Below are positions 14,207-27,539 of a stretch of 64,000 nucleotides of DNA, in pieces; the stretch's first letter is position 1; the number at the start of each line of letters is the position of its first letter. This DNA comes from Octopus vulgaris (lineage: Eukaryota), in NCBI GenBank assembly GCA_951406725.2, contig OX597825.1:87482001-87546000 (forward strand). Direction: 5' to 3'. Under the pieces are notes generated by a model that was not told the origin of the DNA, searched no databases, and worked only from the letters and a program-made list of their open reading frames with translations. Position numbers and translations under genes: made by a program.

Positions 14207-16123
14207 TTATTGCTTATTTAGCTTGGGTTCTGAATTTATCAATAAAATTCTTTTCTCTGATTTTCCTCTCGATTTCACTTGGGCTGTGTAATTTGTAGAA
14301 TGGAAATATTATATATATGTTCCGACCACATGTTGCTAGGTGGTTACTCAAAGGTATCTGACGGACCTCTGGGTCTCTAATCTGTTGCCGGTGTACACGT
14401 GAGCGTTCTAATAGTGCAGTTTCCCGTCTGACCTACATATATTTCTTCACAATTTGGGCATTTGATGCAGTAAATTAAATTTCTGCTTTTGCAGTTCATA
14501 TTCGCGTTTGTGAATATTTTCCCGGTTTTTGTGTTTATATATTGACCGGTATGTATGAATTGGCATGTGCCACATCGGCTATCATTGCATTTAGATACCG
14601 TGAATGTTTGGTCTTTGTTGCTGAGGTCAAATTTTGCCTTTGTTAGTAATGTTTTCAAGTTTTTAGGCTGTCTTTTACTAAGCACCATAGCTCGATCCTT
14701 GATTATGTCTTTTAATTCATTACTTTGGGCAATGATTGGTAGGTTTGCTTTGGCAATGTTGAAGATATTCTGGTGACATGGGTTGTGTGTCACTATGAAT
14801 GGTATGACTTGTTCTTGTTTTCCTCTTCCTTGGCTTGTCCTAAGTTGTTGTATAGGTATTTTTATAGCCCGCTGTATGCCATTTTCTATAAGTAGAGATG
14901 GGTATTTTTGTTTGAGCAAAAATTCTATTAGTTCTATTAGGCGTTTGTTCCTGATATTTGCATCTTCTACAATAGTACAAATTCTTCTGCTAGGCAGTAT
15001 GGGATGTTACGTTTTGTATGTGGTGGATGGCACGACTTAAAATTTAGGTATTGATGTGTGTCTGTGTGTTTATAGTATATATATGTGGTGATGGTGGTGT
15101 CTTTTTTAATTACCATTATATCCAGGAATGGTAATTTGGTACTACTCATCTCCTTTGTAAATTTGAGAGATGGGTGTAGGTTGTTCAGGAGGATATTGAA
15201 CTCTTCCAGAGTATTTAGAGATTCTGTCCAGATTATGAAACAGTCGTCTAGGTATCTCTTCCATGCCTTTTCAATATACTTTCTAAGTCCAGTGCCATAG
15301 TTTACCTCCACCTCTTGGTAGAGTTGTTCTTCTAAGTATCCCATTACAGAGTTGGCGTAAACGGGAGCAAACCTCGTTCCCATCGCCGTGCCTCTAATTT
15401 GGATGTAATTCTTTCCATTGAAGAAGAATGTGTTATTTTCTAGAATAAGTTTGACTGTGTCTAATATAAATGGCACTGTGAATCTGCTGGGAATCACTTC
15501 TCTATGTTTTTCTAACCAGTATTTAATCGCCTTTATTCCTAAATCGTGTGGAATATTGGTGTAGAGGCTTACCACATCAAAACTTAGTAAAACTGAATTT
15601 GTTTCTGTTGTTTTGGGAAGATGGGACAGGAAGTCGATGTCATCCCTGATGAAACTTGGTATGTAAGTACATAGTGGTTTCAAAACAATGTCAATAAAAT
15701 TGCTTAGACGGTGTGTAGGGCATGCTGGACCAGCTATAATAGGTCTAAGTTTTAGGTCTTTTGGATGTAATAATTTTATGTACTCACTTTCTTGTTCTTT
15801 TACTGCCTGTTGAATGTTTTTTGATTTGTGTATTTTTGGTAAGCCGTAGAAGTTGCTGGGTTTTGGTTCAAAATTGGTGATGTAGTCTTTTTCATTATCC
15901 GTAAGTGAGTTGTGGTGTGTTGAAATCAGGTTGTTGATCTTTTTCATGATGTGGTGGTCTATATTTGCGGGTATTTCACAATAGAAGGTTGTATCCTTCA
16001 GTTGGTCTTCAACCAAATCCTTATAGTATTCGGTATCCATAATAACAATTGCACCACCTTTATCTGCTTGTTTAATTATTATTGTTTGATCGTTTTGTAT
16101 ACGTTTACATGCAGACATCTCTG
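14207..16123 (-). pseudogene. PLE RT + GIY-YIG ORF (left arm), with its own indels at ~14989, ~14418 and ~14231
   Basis: Track ORFs 14967..16142 and 14377..14919 encode nearly the same protein as the right arm but break at different positions. Confidence 0.95.
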
Positions 16124-16128
16124 TTAGG

Positions 16129-18059
16129 CCTAACATTAGCAAATCAGAGATGTCTGCATGTAAACGTATACAAAACGATCAAACAATAATAATTAAACAA
16201 GCAGATAAAGGTGGTGCAATTGTTATTATGGATACCGAATACTATAAGGATTTGGTTGAAGACCAACTGAAGGATACAACCTTCTATTGTGAAATACCCG
16301 CAAATATAGACCACCACATCATGAAAAAGATCAACAACCTTATTTCAACACACCACAACTCACTTACGGATAATGAAAAAGACTACATCACCAATTTTGA
16401 ACCAAAACCCAGCAACTTCTACGGCTTACCAAAAATACACAAATCAAAAAACATTCAACAGGCAGTAAAAGAACAAGAAAGTGAGTACATAAAATTATTA
16501 CATCCAAAAGACCTAAAACTTAGACCTATTATAGCTGGTCCAGCATGCCCTACACACCGTCTAAGCAATTTTATTGACATTGTTTTGAAACCACTATGTA
16601 CTTACATACCAAGTTTCATCAGGGATGACATCGACTTCCTGTCCCATCTTCCCAAAACAACAGAAACAAATTCAGTTTTACTAAGTTTTGATGTGGTAAG
16701 CCTCTACACCAATATTCCACACGATTTAGGAATAAAGGCGATTAAATACTGGTTAGAAAAACATAGAGAAGTGATTCCCAGCAGATTCACAGTGCCATTT
16801 ATATTAGACACAGTCAAACTTATTCTAGAAAATAACACATTCTTCTTCAATGGAAAGAATTACATCCAAATTAGAGGCACGGCGATGGGAACGAGGTTTG
16901 CTCCCGTTTACGCCAACTCTGTAATGGGATACTTAGAAGAACAACTCTACCAAGAGGTGGAGGTAAACTATGGCACTGGACTTAGAAAGTATATTGAAAA
17001 GGCATGGAAGAGATACCTAGACGACTGTTTCATAATCTGGACAGAATCTCTAAATACTCTGGAAGAGTTCAATATCCTCCTGAACAACCTACACCCATCT
17101 CTCAAATTTACAAAGGAGATGAGTAGTACCAAATTACCATTCCTGGATATAATGGTAATTAAAAAAGACACCACCATCACCACAGATATATACTATAAAC
17201 ACACAGACACACATCAATACCTAAATTTTAAGTCGTGCCATCCACCACATACAAAACGTAACATCCCATACTGCCTAGCCAGAAGAATTTGTACTATTGT
17301 AGAAGATGCAAATATCAGGAACAAACGCCTAATAGAACTAATAGAATTTTGCTCAAACAAAAATACCCATCTCTACTTATAGAAAATGGCATACAGCGGG
17401 CTATAAAAATACCTATACAACAACTTAGGACAAGCCAAGGAAGAGGAAAACAAGAACAAGTCATACCATTCATAGTGACACACAACCCATGTCACCAGAA
17501 TATCTTCAACATTGCCAAAGCAAACCTACCAATCATTGCCCAAAGTAATGAATTAAAAGACATAATCAAGGATCGAGCTATGGTGCTTAGTAAAAGACAG
17601 CCTAAAAACTTGAAAACATTACTAACAAAGGCAAAATTTGACCTCAGCAACAAAGACCAAACATTCACGGTATCTAAATGCAATGATAGCCGATGTGGCA
17701 CATGCCAATTCATACATACCGGTCAATATATAAACACAAAAACCGGGAAAATATTCACAAACGCGAATATGAACTGCAAAAGCAGAAATTTAATTTACTG
17801 CATCAAATGCCCAAATTGTGAAGAAATATATGTAGGTCAGACGGGAAACGCACTATTAGAACGCTCACGTGTACACCGGCAACAGATTAGAGACCCAGAG
17901 GTCCGTCAGATACCTTTGAGTAACCACCTAGCAACATGTGGTCGGAACATATATATAATATTTCCATTCTACAAATTACACAGCCCAAGTGAAATCGAGA
18001 GGAAAATCAGAGAAAAGAATTTTATTGATAAATTCGAACCCAAGCTAAATAAGCAATAA
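16129..18059 (+). pseudogene. PLE reverse transcriptase + GIY-YIG endonuclease ORF (right arm), 5'-truncated, one frameshift at ~17347-17350
   Basis: RT motifs IIKQADKG, FYGLPKIHK, RPIIAG, SFDVVSLYTNI, GTAMG, RYLDD, LPFLD; linker CNDSRCGTC; endonuclease LIYCIKCPNCEEIYVGQT with downstream His residues. Cys motifs fit Neptune/Naiad-type PLEs (clade is inference). Confidence 0.95.
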
Positions 18060-18376
18060 TAATAATACTTAGAGGTATTACTTCCACTGCTACGACCATG
18101 ACCACTAACAACAACAACAATACTAAAGGTGATCAAGACGAAGATAGCAGGAAAATTATCTTATTTAGGGTTAAAAGTTCTATTGCCACCACCATCACCA
18201 CTAGCAATAATAATTAAGGTGCTGACAATGATGATGATGACAATTGAAATATAAAAATATAAAAATCTCTGACAAAGGATATTTACAACATTTCTAAAAA
18301 TAACCCAACAATTGCTGCTTCGGCCAGGGTCAAGATACAGGACTCTTGACCTGTCCAACAAAGCGTGATGCCTAAA

Positions 18377-18490
18377 CCAATCAGCTCAACCAACCAATCA
18401 GCTTAAGTAATTGAGTGATACTACACACTGATTGGTCAGAATACAGTTTGCAAAACCTAGCACTCTGGAGCCTACCCAGCTGTATTTATA
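18377..18490 (+). promoter_or_regulatory. Putative PLE pseudo-LTR promoter (3 CCAAT boxes + TATA-like); mirror copy at ~13776-13889
   Basis: Seen: CCAATCAG at 18377 and 18394, CTGATTGG at 18428, TATTTATA at 18483, ~65 nt before the hammerhead. Function is inferred. Confidence 0.55.
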
Positions 18491-18553
18491 GCACAGAATC
18501 ACTCATCTTGCTACAGTCAAAAATTGTGAAGCATGACTGTCAACACTACTACA

Positions 18554-18598
18554 TGAACCCGAAGATTGCAGAATTCAATGCATGAAAGTACTAGTTCA
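18554..18598 (+). ncRNA. Minimal type I hammerhead ribozyme in the PLE 3' region
   Basis: Seen: stem I TGAAC/GTTCA, core CCGAAGA (variant of CUGANGA), stem II TGCA/TGCA, GAAA, palindromic GTAC, TA cleavage site. Known: PLE pseudo-LTRs carry minimal hammerheads with palindromic stem III. Confidence 0.8.
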
Positions 18599-18762
18599 AT
18601 CAGAATGAATATTTAACATTCTACTATTTCATTTTATTTTATTCAATTATAATATATTATCTTATAATATATCATTATAAGATTGTAAATAAAACGTGAA
18701 AATCAGACAAGGTTGGAATTCTTTTTATTAATATATTCTTCTATACACAATCACACACACCC

Positions 18763-19019
<257 letters not shown>

Positions 19020-22000
19020 AGAGCTTTACTGATTATAGCAATGCAATGAATGCCTCTTGCTTCAGGTAAATCACAGCCTGATTATATTAACCATTCTATT
19101 CTGTAGAATCTCAATCTAAGTGTCTTGAAGCCTAGTTATATCACTGCTTCCAATTTTCTTCTTAATTGTGGCTCATGGTTGGAGCAAGTAGAAAAATATT
19201 TCCCCACATTTTGTGCATCAAGTTAAAAGAATGTATTAGAAAGGTCATAAGTATGTCTACTCAAAATTGAAACTAGCAGAAAATATTAAGTTTGTACATC
19301 TTTGTTCAGTAAATGAAACATATTTACGAACAGGAATCGTGAGTATGATGCTTATTCCTTATGTTTAACTCTATTGATGATAAACAGAAGATTAATTTAT
19401 TTTGTGTTTCTATTTTTCTCATTTTCAATTAGAATTTAATTATTTTTGCAACGTACCTGGCGCCTTCGTGCCAAGCACCCTTGTCCCCCAGTGCACCTTT
19501 TGACAAATACGATGTAGATTATATTTTGCATTTTTTAAAATTTACATTTAAAATCGTTATCTGAGATTCTGACGAAAATAACATCGTATGAAATAGAATA
19601 TTTTCATTTCTTTATTTCATTGTTGGGTTAAATTTGTTCTGTTTGTAATCCATTGTTTCCTGTCACATTTTAAATATATCATCTTGGTATTTCCTTAATT
19701 TTGCAAAGTTTTCGCGAGGTGTAAGGGACATACATCTTGTTATTACCTGGTCGCTAATTTGAATTCTTATCTTTAATTTACCTTACACACGTCTTTCTTT
19801 TTCCCTTTTAATATATTTAAACTAGAGTTTATAGATCTTATAAATAGATTACTGTATTATCGCAGACTTGTACTTGATAGTAACGTTTCTTAATTCCTGA
19901 AAACATTTGATTCAGTCTCAGTTACAGATTCTATAATGTTTCTGTGGTGGTATGTTGAAGAGTATCGCGATTGTGTAATGTTGAGTAATTGAAGGAACGT
20001 TACAAAGATACAGGTAAAATATAAAGATAAGCTATGAATATAACAGATATGAATAAAGTATATAAATTACAAAAGCAGCATCTCAAGACGACGTATTTAT
20101 TGAACTTAGGTTCATTTCGCAACATTTCGATGTGGCTTCATAGCTTTCTAAATACAAGATAGATATTATCGAAAAATAAAACATAAAAGGCAAACAAATA
20201 AACAACCAAAAACCACAACTTTATATTTCATGCAAAGGTCGATTAAATGTTACGAAATGCTCGATGTTGTAGCGAGCGCCGAAGAGAAAGGTTAAGTTCT
20301 TGGTATAAGAAATATATGACCCACATTTCTCCTCATCTACGACATTAATAATCTATAGAAGAAGCATGGATGTCAAGTAATCTCATTCTGGTTTATATTC
20401 TACTTCAACTCTGATCTTACATGCCTATGTCGGAAATCAATAAGTAATATTTAGTTTAAAATCTGATAGGAAATGATATCATAACGATAACAGGTATCAG
20501 TCGGAATAGAAATTTCATAGGAATATTTGATTCAAGATCGTAGTTTCTTTCTCCATATGAATTCCAATTCGCCAAGCAGAATTGTCATTACTAGCGTCGC
20601 AGTTGAACTTCATGTATTGGTAACAACTACAATCACCAACAGTAGGAGCACCACCACCGTCACCACCTCAACCTTCACCACCACCGTCACCACCTCAACC
20701 TTCACCACCAACAATAACGACAACAGCATCACCACCATCACCACCAGTACCACCACTACCACTACCAGTAACGCCAGCTACGCAGTAAGCAAGGGTTAAG
20801 AATTTATTTGCCATGTTTATATTAAATGATAGAAAATGGTGTCAAAAGATACTTTAGACTGAAGCGTTTGAAAGCAAATCGCGGCAAATATTATTCCTAA
20901 TTAAATTAATTAGTTAAATGACTGTAATGATAATTTATAACTTTGCTGTATGTAAAGTAAGTATAAGGAACCATATTCGTATCAAAATTCCGAACTAAAG
21001 AACTCTGCGTTACGAAAGTGAGCGATGTAATCCGACGCATATGAGACACATGACCAGACATAGTTCTATGAGCACGTCACCATCAAAGTATGTGTGACGT
21101 AAAAGAGCTCAACTGGCCTTCACCCTTTGACATGACAATTAGTTCTGCACTTAGCAATAAAGAAATCAGAGCTGTTCATTGTAACAGTACATGATTTCAA
21201 TAATATTAGTAACTTTGTGCGACTTTTTTTAATTGGAAATAAGAAGGAGGCATCTAGGTGGCTGCTCTATCTGCAAGGAATAACATCCAACTCTGAGATC
21301 ACGCTTTGATATCGTAAAAGTGCAAAAACAGAGTGAATCAAGCATGTACTGTTACAGAAGAAAGTGACATGGTGATCCTGTCGAATAACCAGGATTTTGT
21401 TCAGTTGGAATGTAGAGAATATTTAATCAACAGCAAGATCAAATCTATCGATCTCTGCATTGCTGATTCGTTCCAATCAACATTGGCTTTTTTGTCAAAA
21501 TTATCAAGCTAATGATTTTGTCCGAGTAATCCTGATTGTTAGTTGTGTTTAGATTTTAACCATCAGTAGAGGAAGTTTCTGAATTCTAATCGCTTGGATA
21601 ATTTTAGTTGATTAGCTCACCGTACAGAATCAACAATGACAAGAACACTTGTTTAAAATAGCAGTCAAAATCTTCCTCAAATTACAATAAACCTTCATAA
21701 AAATCGTGGTTGTAATAAAATACTGGATGGTCACAAATTGAACGCTTTTGATCCTAAGTTTTCTCAAATATGACTGACCTGGGCCATAAACGTTCGTAAG
21801 GAAAGCAAAGAAAATGACTTGATATAAATTCTCATCTGAAAACACCAAAATCCGAAGTAAAATCGCTAATACAGGAATTTCAATTGAAAAGATATCAAGC
21901 AGATTCTCCGGAATGAGAAGAAAATTCTTAAAAGAAAGATATTCAATGCCAAAATACGATTGAATGAAGAAGAATCTTTCTTTATATGAGAGTCGAAATT

Positions 22001-23116
22001 TGTTATGAATTTCTTCTGAACTCTAAAGAGGACCCAACACTTGTTGTGAGGTAATGTACTTTCTGGACCATCGGTGATGTTGGTGATTCTTGGAATCGGT
22101 CAGCGATGTTGAAGGACTTGTTTATGTATTGATCGTATTTGTCTGGAGATTGATAAAGTGTTGGTGATATGTATAGTGACTCTGTGTTATTACAAAATAT
22201 ATCTAAATGATTTTGTTGGAGAATGTTTCCGAAGTATGAGATGAATTTATGTGAATATAGATACTTTAACAATCTCTGGAAAGAGGCAAATATTTTTAAA
22301 CGAAACACTGTAAATGTCTACGAAATAACAACCGAAAATTGTCCTGTTTTTATACCTATGACTTAATAATGTTTAAGACGATGTTCATCGAAATTTATTT
22401 GAAAATTTGCATCTATTAACCAATATCCCTAAGATCCACGTGAAGCAAATTCAATATACGGTGTTGATTGGCACTTGCAGATAGCAGGCTTATAGCAAAG
22501 AATAGACCTAATTCACTTTTCTGACTTTTCTGTCAGAATCTGACAGGAAACTGTGTGCAACTTGTCTGAAATTGTTACTGCAGGCTGTAAATTCTGTAGA
22601 AATTGTATTTTTGGATATGTTGAACAAGCTTGTATCAAAGATACTGTGTTGTCAGAAGTGGTGTCACACGCAAAGAATCTGTGGAAGTGACATACAATTA
22701 GAACATTCCATTCGATGTTTCTGCCCACGCATCGTTGCTAGAAGCGTTGTTTGACAGAATTTCTACAAATAATCTGCCCATAAAGAAACTTATCTCATCG
22801 TTAAACATCGTCAACCTAAAGATGAAATTAAGGAGACTTAGGTTTAGATCCGCCACATTAAAGTTGTAGTAATTAAAGAAGACACTTCTGTCTGCCGTAT
22901 TCATGCAACTGTGATTTCTCAAACCTTTTATGTTGATAAAATGTGTGTTTACAGTCGGACAAACGGAAACAGTAATTGCACACTCAACTATCTAAATGAT
23001 GATCTCGAATTATGACCTCGAAGATAACCAATGCATGCAAAGGTTTCATCTAGTGTAATAAATCTCCGAGGAAGTTGCGTCGGTTTATTGCTGTTCTATT
23101 TACAAAACACCATTCG

Positions 23117-23468
23117 TGACACTCCGTCGTTTACGACCACGCGGCTTCCAGTTGATCGACCACCGCAAATAGCCTGCTGGTAAAATTAAGTGCAAGTGGC
23201 TGAGGATTCCACAGACACGTGTTCCCTTAATGTATTTCTCGGGGAGATTCAGCGTGACACAGAGTGTCACAAAGCTGGCCCTTTGAAATACAGGTATACA
23301 GGTGCAACAGAAACAGGAAGAAAGAGTGAGAGGAAGTTGTGGTGAAAGACTACAGCAGGGTTCGCCACAATCCCCTGCCGGAGCCTCCCAACGCCCGATC
23401 TGGGAATGAAAACCGCGATCCTATGACCGCGAGTCCACTGCCCTAACCACTGGGCTATAGCGCCACCA
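23117..23468. mobile_element. Composite SINE: a second repeat segment joined to a minus-strand copy of the 1560/12248 family
   Basis: 23310-23468 aligns by eye with 12055-12248. The left part is a different GC-richer repeat, with a fragment also near 27270-27350. Confidence 0.65.
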
Positions 23469-24254
23469 CACTATTATGATTCAATACTAAGAAAAGTATC
23501 TGAATCTCTTGGCATACGACGTACGAGAGCACATATAGATCTCACATATAAATACGACATTCCATTGAAGCCAACAAAAAGAGTGTAAGTAATATAAAAT
23601 TATAAAAGTTCGAAGTCCAGACGGACATTTTATCCACAGAGTTGGAAATCAAAACATCATAAAATTTATCAGCCTTTGTGGAGAGCATACGTTAGACTGA
23701 AGGAGCTCAACGAAACATGATATACACGCATATGTATGTATATCTCATCTATTTTTTGATTATTATAAATCTTCCACTGAGGAGGGAACCGGTTTCCAAC
23801 AAAGATACAAGACTCTATCTTTGGGATGTAGTTAACAAAGACAAATTCACATTTGGAACTTGAGAAAAGTCTTGCATATTTTTACTGTTCCACTCTCGAA
23901 TTGCATTCGTAATGTACGAATTAGCCGGTCATTTCTCTTTCTGAAAATCCCAGTTTATCCAGATTCTTCTTTGTGCATTTACTAACAAAACTATGCATGT
24001 ATGTATGTATGTATGTTTGTAATGGCGATGTTGGGATATTTGTTACCATTCAGTGGCACCCCGTTCTGCAAAAACACAAATTTCTTTGTATACAGGAAAG
24101 TGTTCAGCCTCTTATTTCACCTTTTGTACGGCTCTGTTTCGATTCATTTATCTTGATAATACTTGCTACCATTCACCAGTTGATAAATTCGCTTCCTCTT
24201 TTTATGATTAATCTCTTCTAAATTAATTTCTGCTTTTATTTTTTTATAAAATAG

Positions 24255-24313
24255 GTGGATTACACAACCAGCCGTGGTCAATGCATTTTACAGCTCAACA
24301 CGCAATTCTATCT
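24255..24313 (+). CDS. Neprilysin-family (M13) metallopeptidase, first exon visible in the window (WITQPAVVNAFYSSTRNSI)
   Basis: Seen: atag|G acceptor and T|gtaagt donor, 59 bp, 1 nt overhang at each end. Known: VNAFY is the M13 substrate-binding motif (neprilysin type; ECE has VNAYY). Confidence 0.93.
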
Positions 24314-24660
24314 GTAAGTAATTTTTTTGTTTACTGGGACATATTCTGTGTTCCATACTGTCTGACTGATGCATTATATATCAGGTTGTCTCTCACAATA
24401 ACATTAAATATCATTATCTGATCTTCAGACAAAACCACAGACGATAATTATCAAAAAATTTTAGTTGTTTATTATTCTTGTTCTCGTTAAACACGCACGC
24501 ACACACACACACAGACACACATACACACACAAACACACACACACACACACAACACACAAAAGTATGTATCCTCAACTCTTCGACCAGCACTCTGTCTCTC
24601 TGCCTGCCTCACCGCCTGTCTTTATATATATATATATATATATATAACGGAGAGAGAATG

Positions 24661-24706
<46 letters not shown>

Positions 24707-24894
24707 TTATATATATAGAGGGCATTATACATACATGCCAGAAGGCATTATATATACATGCCAAACGCTAAGAGGGACAATTAGTCATTTCTACCAAAAA
24801 TATTACTATATATATATATATATACACATATATATAAAATATTACTATATATATATATACACATATTTCGTTCTCTCTCCGTTTTTTCCTCTCA

Positions 24895-24935
24895 GTCTTT
24901 TCTGCTGAAGAGCTTAGGCTCGAAACGTCAAAGAC
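24895..24935 (+). ncRNA. Minimal hammerhead-like motif
   Basis: GTCTTTT CTGCTGA A GAGC-TTAG-GCTC GAAA CG TC AAAGAC. The core has an A>C change relative to CUGAUGA. Confidence 0.55.
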
Positions 24936-25008
24936 ATCTCCATTCTTCCCGAGCATTAAACTAATACATCTGCCTTCATCTTTTGAACTATCTATCTATC
25001 TATCTATG

Positions 25009-26255
25009 GTGGGTCATCCCATAAATATGGCATACTTTTAATACTTCTTTTATTTTTCAAAATTAAAATAAAGAAAGTTCTTTTTTAATCTAAAATATAC
25101 TCTCCTTCATTTTCTACAATGCTCTTCCATCCATCTATCTGGTAGACTTGCAAGGCCCCACTTCCAAAATTCACTTGACCATGACAAAAAATATTCCTCC
25201 AGTACTGTTCTGACCTCGTCCACAGAATTCATATTTTTCCGTCCAAATGATTTTAAATGATAATCAGATGAGGCAATGTCGGGCGAATATAATGGGTCGG
25301 GCATCGTTACCCATTCAAACTGCTCCAACCTTTGGAATGTCATCCTTGCTGTATATGGCCAAGCATTATTCTGATGGAAGAATACCTTCCGTTTTGAAAC
25401 CAAAGATGGTCATTTTTATTCTAGTGCTAACTTAAGCCACGCAAGTTGCTCACCGTAAATCTTCTTTGTTACCATTTGGTTTGGGTTTAAAATTTTAAAG
25501 TGGACTAACCCTTTCATATTCCACCAAACAGTTAACAAAACATTACTTCGGTGAAGCCCTTCTTTGCCTGGGGTGCCGGTGTTTCTCCTTTACCTATCCA
25601 CTGTCTTCGGCGCTTGACATTTTAACAGAGAACCCATTTCTCGTCACCAGTCAATATTCGGTCCAAAAAATGTTCATTTTTGAGACGTGACAGCAAAGAA
25701 GAGCACACATTCACTCTCTGCGCGCGATTAGACTCGGAAAGTTTGTGAGAAATCCACTGACCCAATTTGCTGACTTTTCCGATGGCACACAGGTGTCGAT
25801 GAATGGCGGAAGCATCAAATGTAAGCTTCTTCGCTATTTCCTCAACAGTTACGGTAGGATTTTGTTATACCAGAGATTGCAGGACATACACGTCGAACTC
25901 TGCAGATCTGCCAGGAAGTGGCTTGTCTTCTAGGCTGTTATTTCTGGCTCGGAATTTCTGGAACCACCGTTGACAATGGCTTACGCATATTGTCCGATCC
26001 CCATATACTTCATTAATATTCCCCACACTTTCCATTGAGTTGTTTCCTTTATTGAACTCATAAAGCAAAATATGCCGAATATGCACCTTTGTCGCATCCA
26101 TTATAGCTTTGAAAAAATGGCTCTTCAAAACATGCACTAAGAATAAGTAGAAGGCAGAATTACTACCTACTTAGATGCAGGTAGCTTATCCTGTCCCTAT
26201 CCGACTTTTAGTTCATGCAATTGAAAAAAACCGCATTATTTATGGGATAACACAA
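25009..26255 (-). mobile_element. Decayed mariner DNA transposon (~1.25 kb)
   Basis: TIRs gggtcatcccataaata / tatttatgggataacacaa followed by TA. Transposase remnants HIRHILLYEF...QRWFQKF, ILTGDEKW (~25640), HQNNA, YSPDIASSDYHL; frameshifted. Confidence 0.92.
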
Positions 26256-26450
26256 TATATATATAGGAGATGCACACATACACACACATATGTATGTGTG
26301 TATATATGTATCTCCTATGCATTTATATATGTACATAAATATATACGTATATGTATGTGTGCATATATACCCATCTAATTACCCACTTACCCGTATGATT
26401 ACTTACATGCCAACCTATCTATCTATCTACCTACCTACCTACCTACCTAC

Positions 26451-26505
<55 letters not shown>

Positions 26506-27101
26506 CTTATCTATTTATCTAAGATATGTAACTAAACTAGATATCTCGTTAATAAGATTGTTAGCTAGAATTATTTACTAGAATTATTTATATCTCTAAA
26601 TCTTTGGCTCAGTTTTTCCTTCTTTGCGTCATTCATAATCCTTCAATCACAAGACGTGGTAAACAAGCTGCAATATGGAGGAGCAACTTAATTGAATTAT
26701 ATCGACAAGCGTTTATTGAAAGCCAATCCGTGTTCAGCTTGAAATACCGACGTTATAACAACTGGGAGACAGAATGGTGAAGTGCCTTTTCTAGCGAGGA
26801 GTTAAGATGCGAAGTACAATTAGAATGGCAATTAGGATGATTGTGTCTTCGCAAAAATACGTTAGTGATTAAAATGAAATTAGAAAAACTGAAAATGCAC
26901 ACCATGAATGGTGAAAGTGGTGAAACGGTGATAAATAGTTCTATGTGTCTGCCTGTGTATGGCTGTATTTGCATGTATGTGTTTGTGTGTGTGTGTATAT
27001 ATGTAGAGTGAGAGAGACGTACATACACACTCACACACATCGATATACACGTATGTGTATGCGTATATGTGCAGATATGCTGCATGAGTGTACGCATGGT
27101 T

Positions 27102-27150
<49 letters not shown>

Positions 27151-27464
27151 TATGTATGTGCGTGTATCTATATACATGTAGATATACATATTAAACTGAT
27201 CTTTACTCGTTCACACAGCGAGGCGTTAATGTGTTCTCAAACTTCAAACGAAAAAACCTCTTCCATTGATTGTTCACAGGAAATTAAAATCTATGTGGCT
27301 GAGTATTTCGCAGACATGCACACGTAACACAAACTTTCGGGCAAATCAGTGTAATACTGTGTGGAAAGGGTGGAATTTTAACATGCACAAAACAGGAGAG
27401 AGAACACGGGAGAGATTGAGATAGAGAAAGATAGATAGATTTATAGAAAGAGAGAAAGGGGGAG

Positions 27465-27539
<75 letters not shown>

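Noticed and set aside
13905-18361. Short duplicated ORFs (13905..14105, 14555..14776, 15085..15300 and their mirrors)
   Set aside because: Antisense by-products of the PLE arms, duplicated only because of the palindrome.
16129-18736. Selenoprotein-type PLE (in-frame UGA + SECIS, described for some Naiad elements)
   Set aside because: No in-frame TGA in the reconstructed ORF, and I could not identify a SECIS by eye.
20238-20290. Possible upstream neprilysin exon ending ...AEEK before gttaag
   Set aside because: No convincing acceptor or M13 similarity, and the phase looks wrong. No upstream exon could be supported in 1-24254.
21600-22920. Possible very old minus-strand RT remnant
   Set aside because: Only vague motif echoes; needs a translated HMM search.
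23777-23800. CTGAGGA hammerhead-like start
   Set aside because: No GAAA or stem III follows.
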